Part shown: positions 63,908 through 64,000 of the stretch, in pieces
Layout of the letters: each line of letters starts with the position of its first letter
Numbering within the stretch: position 1 is the stretch's first letter
DNA from: Schmidtea polychroa
Taxonomy: Eukaryota
Length of the DNA: 64,000 bases
Assembly: GCA_044892525.1 (NCBI GenBank)
Contig: CM097888.1
Coordinates: 43,958,001-44,022,000 of the forward strand
Reading direction: 5' to 3'
Translations under genes and position numbers: made by a program
The notes under the pieces: generated by a model
Told to the model about the DNA's origin: nothing
Databases searched by the model: none
What the model saw: only the letters and a program-made list of their open reading frames with translations

Positions 63908-64000
63908 ATCTACAATATTTAAAAATAAATAAGTATTTTACTTTCTGTCTAAAATTATTTCCATAATAACATTTTTCCTATGTACCAATATAAATGCTCT

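Overview
Eukaryotic, very AT-rich animal DNA (roughly three quarters A+T by eye) from a gapped short-read-style scaffold with 16 N-runs of about 130-270 nt. Short GT-AG introns (one is 44 nt) and the gene content suggest an invertebrate, probably a spiralian such as a flatworm-like animal; this is inference and I cannot confirm the species. The window is dominated by one minus-strand protocadherin gene spanning about 50 kb. I joined five coding exons in consistent phase (59269-57749, 34677-34455, 30737-29863, 20219-20120, 9687-9074; 3333 nt, 1110 aa): signal peptide, 7 cadherin repeats, transmembrane helix, and a cytoplasmic tail with a DSGKGPSEE motif. A small RIIAD1-like gene lies at 1744-2154 (minus). 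A complete, nearly intact 2258-bp hAT (Buster/Charlie-type) transposon with 12-bp TIRs and an 8-bp TSD lies at 61650-63907. Introns and flanks hold decayed elements: at least five Penelope-like retroelements, mariner, Tc1/IS630, pogo, MULE and older hAT remnants, MITE-like dispersed repeats, hairpins and microsatellites. I found no rRNA, tRNA or CRISPR array, and no convincing new multi-gene system. The most interesting unexplained items are a 156-bp coding-like tandem repeat, an unidentified coding-like block at 770-1490, a deviant RIIAD1 C-terminus, and a degenerate Ca2+ motif in protocadherin EC3.
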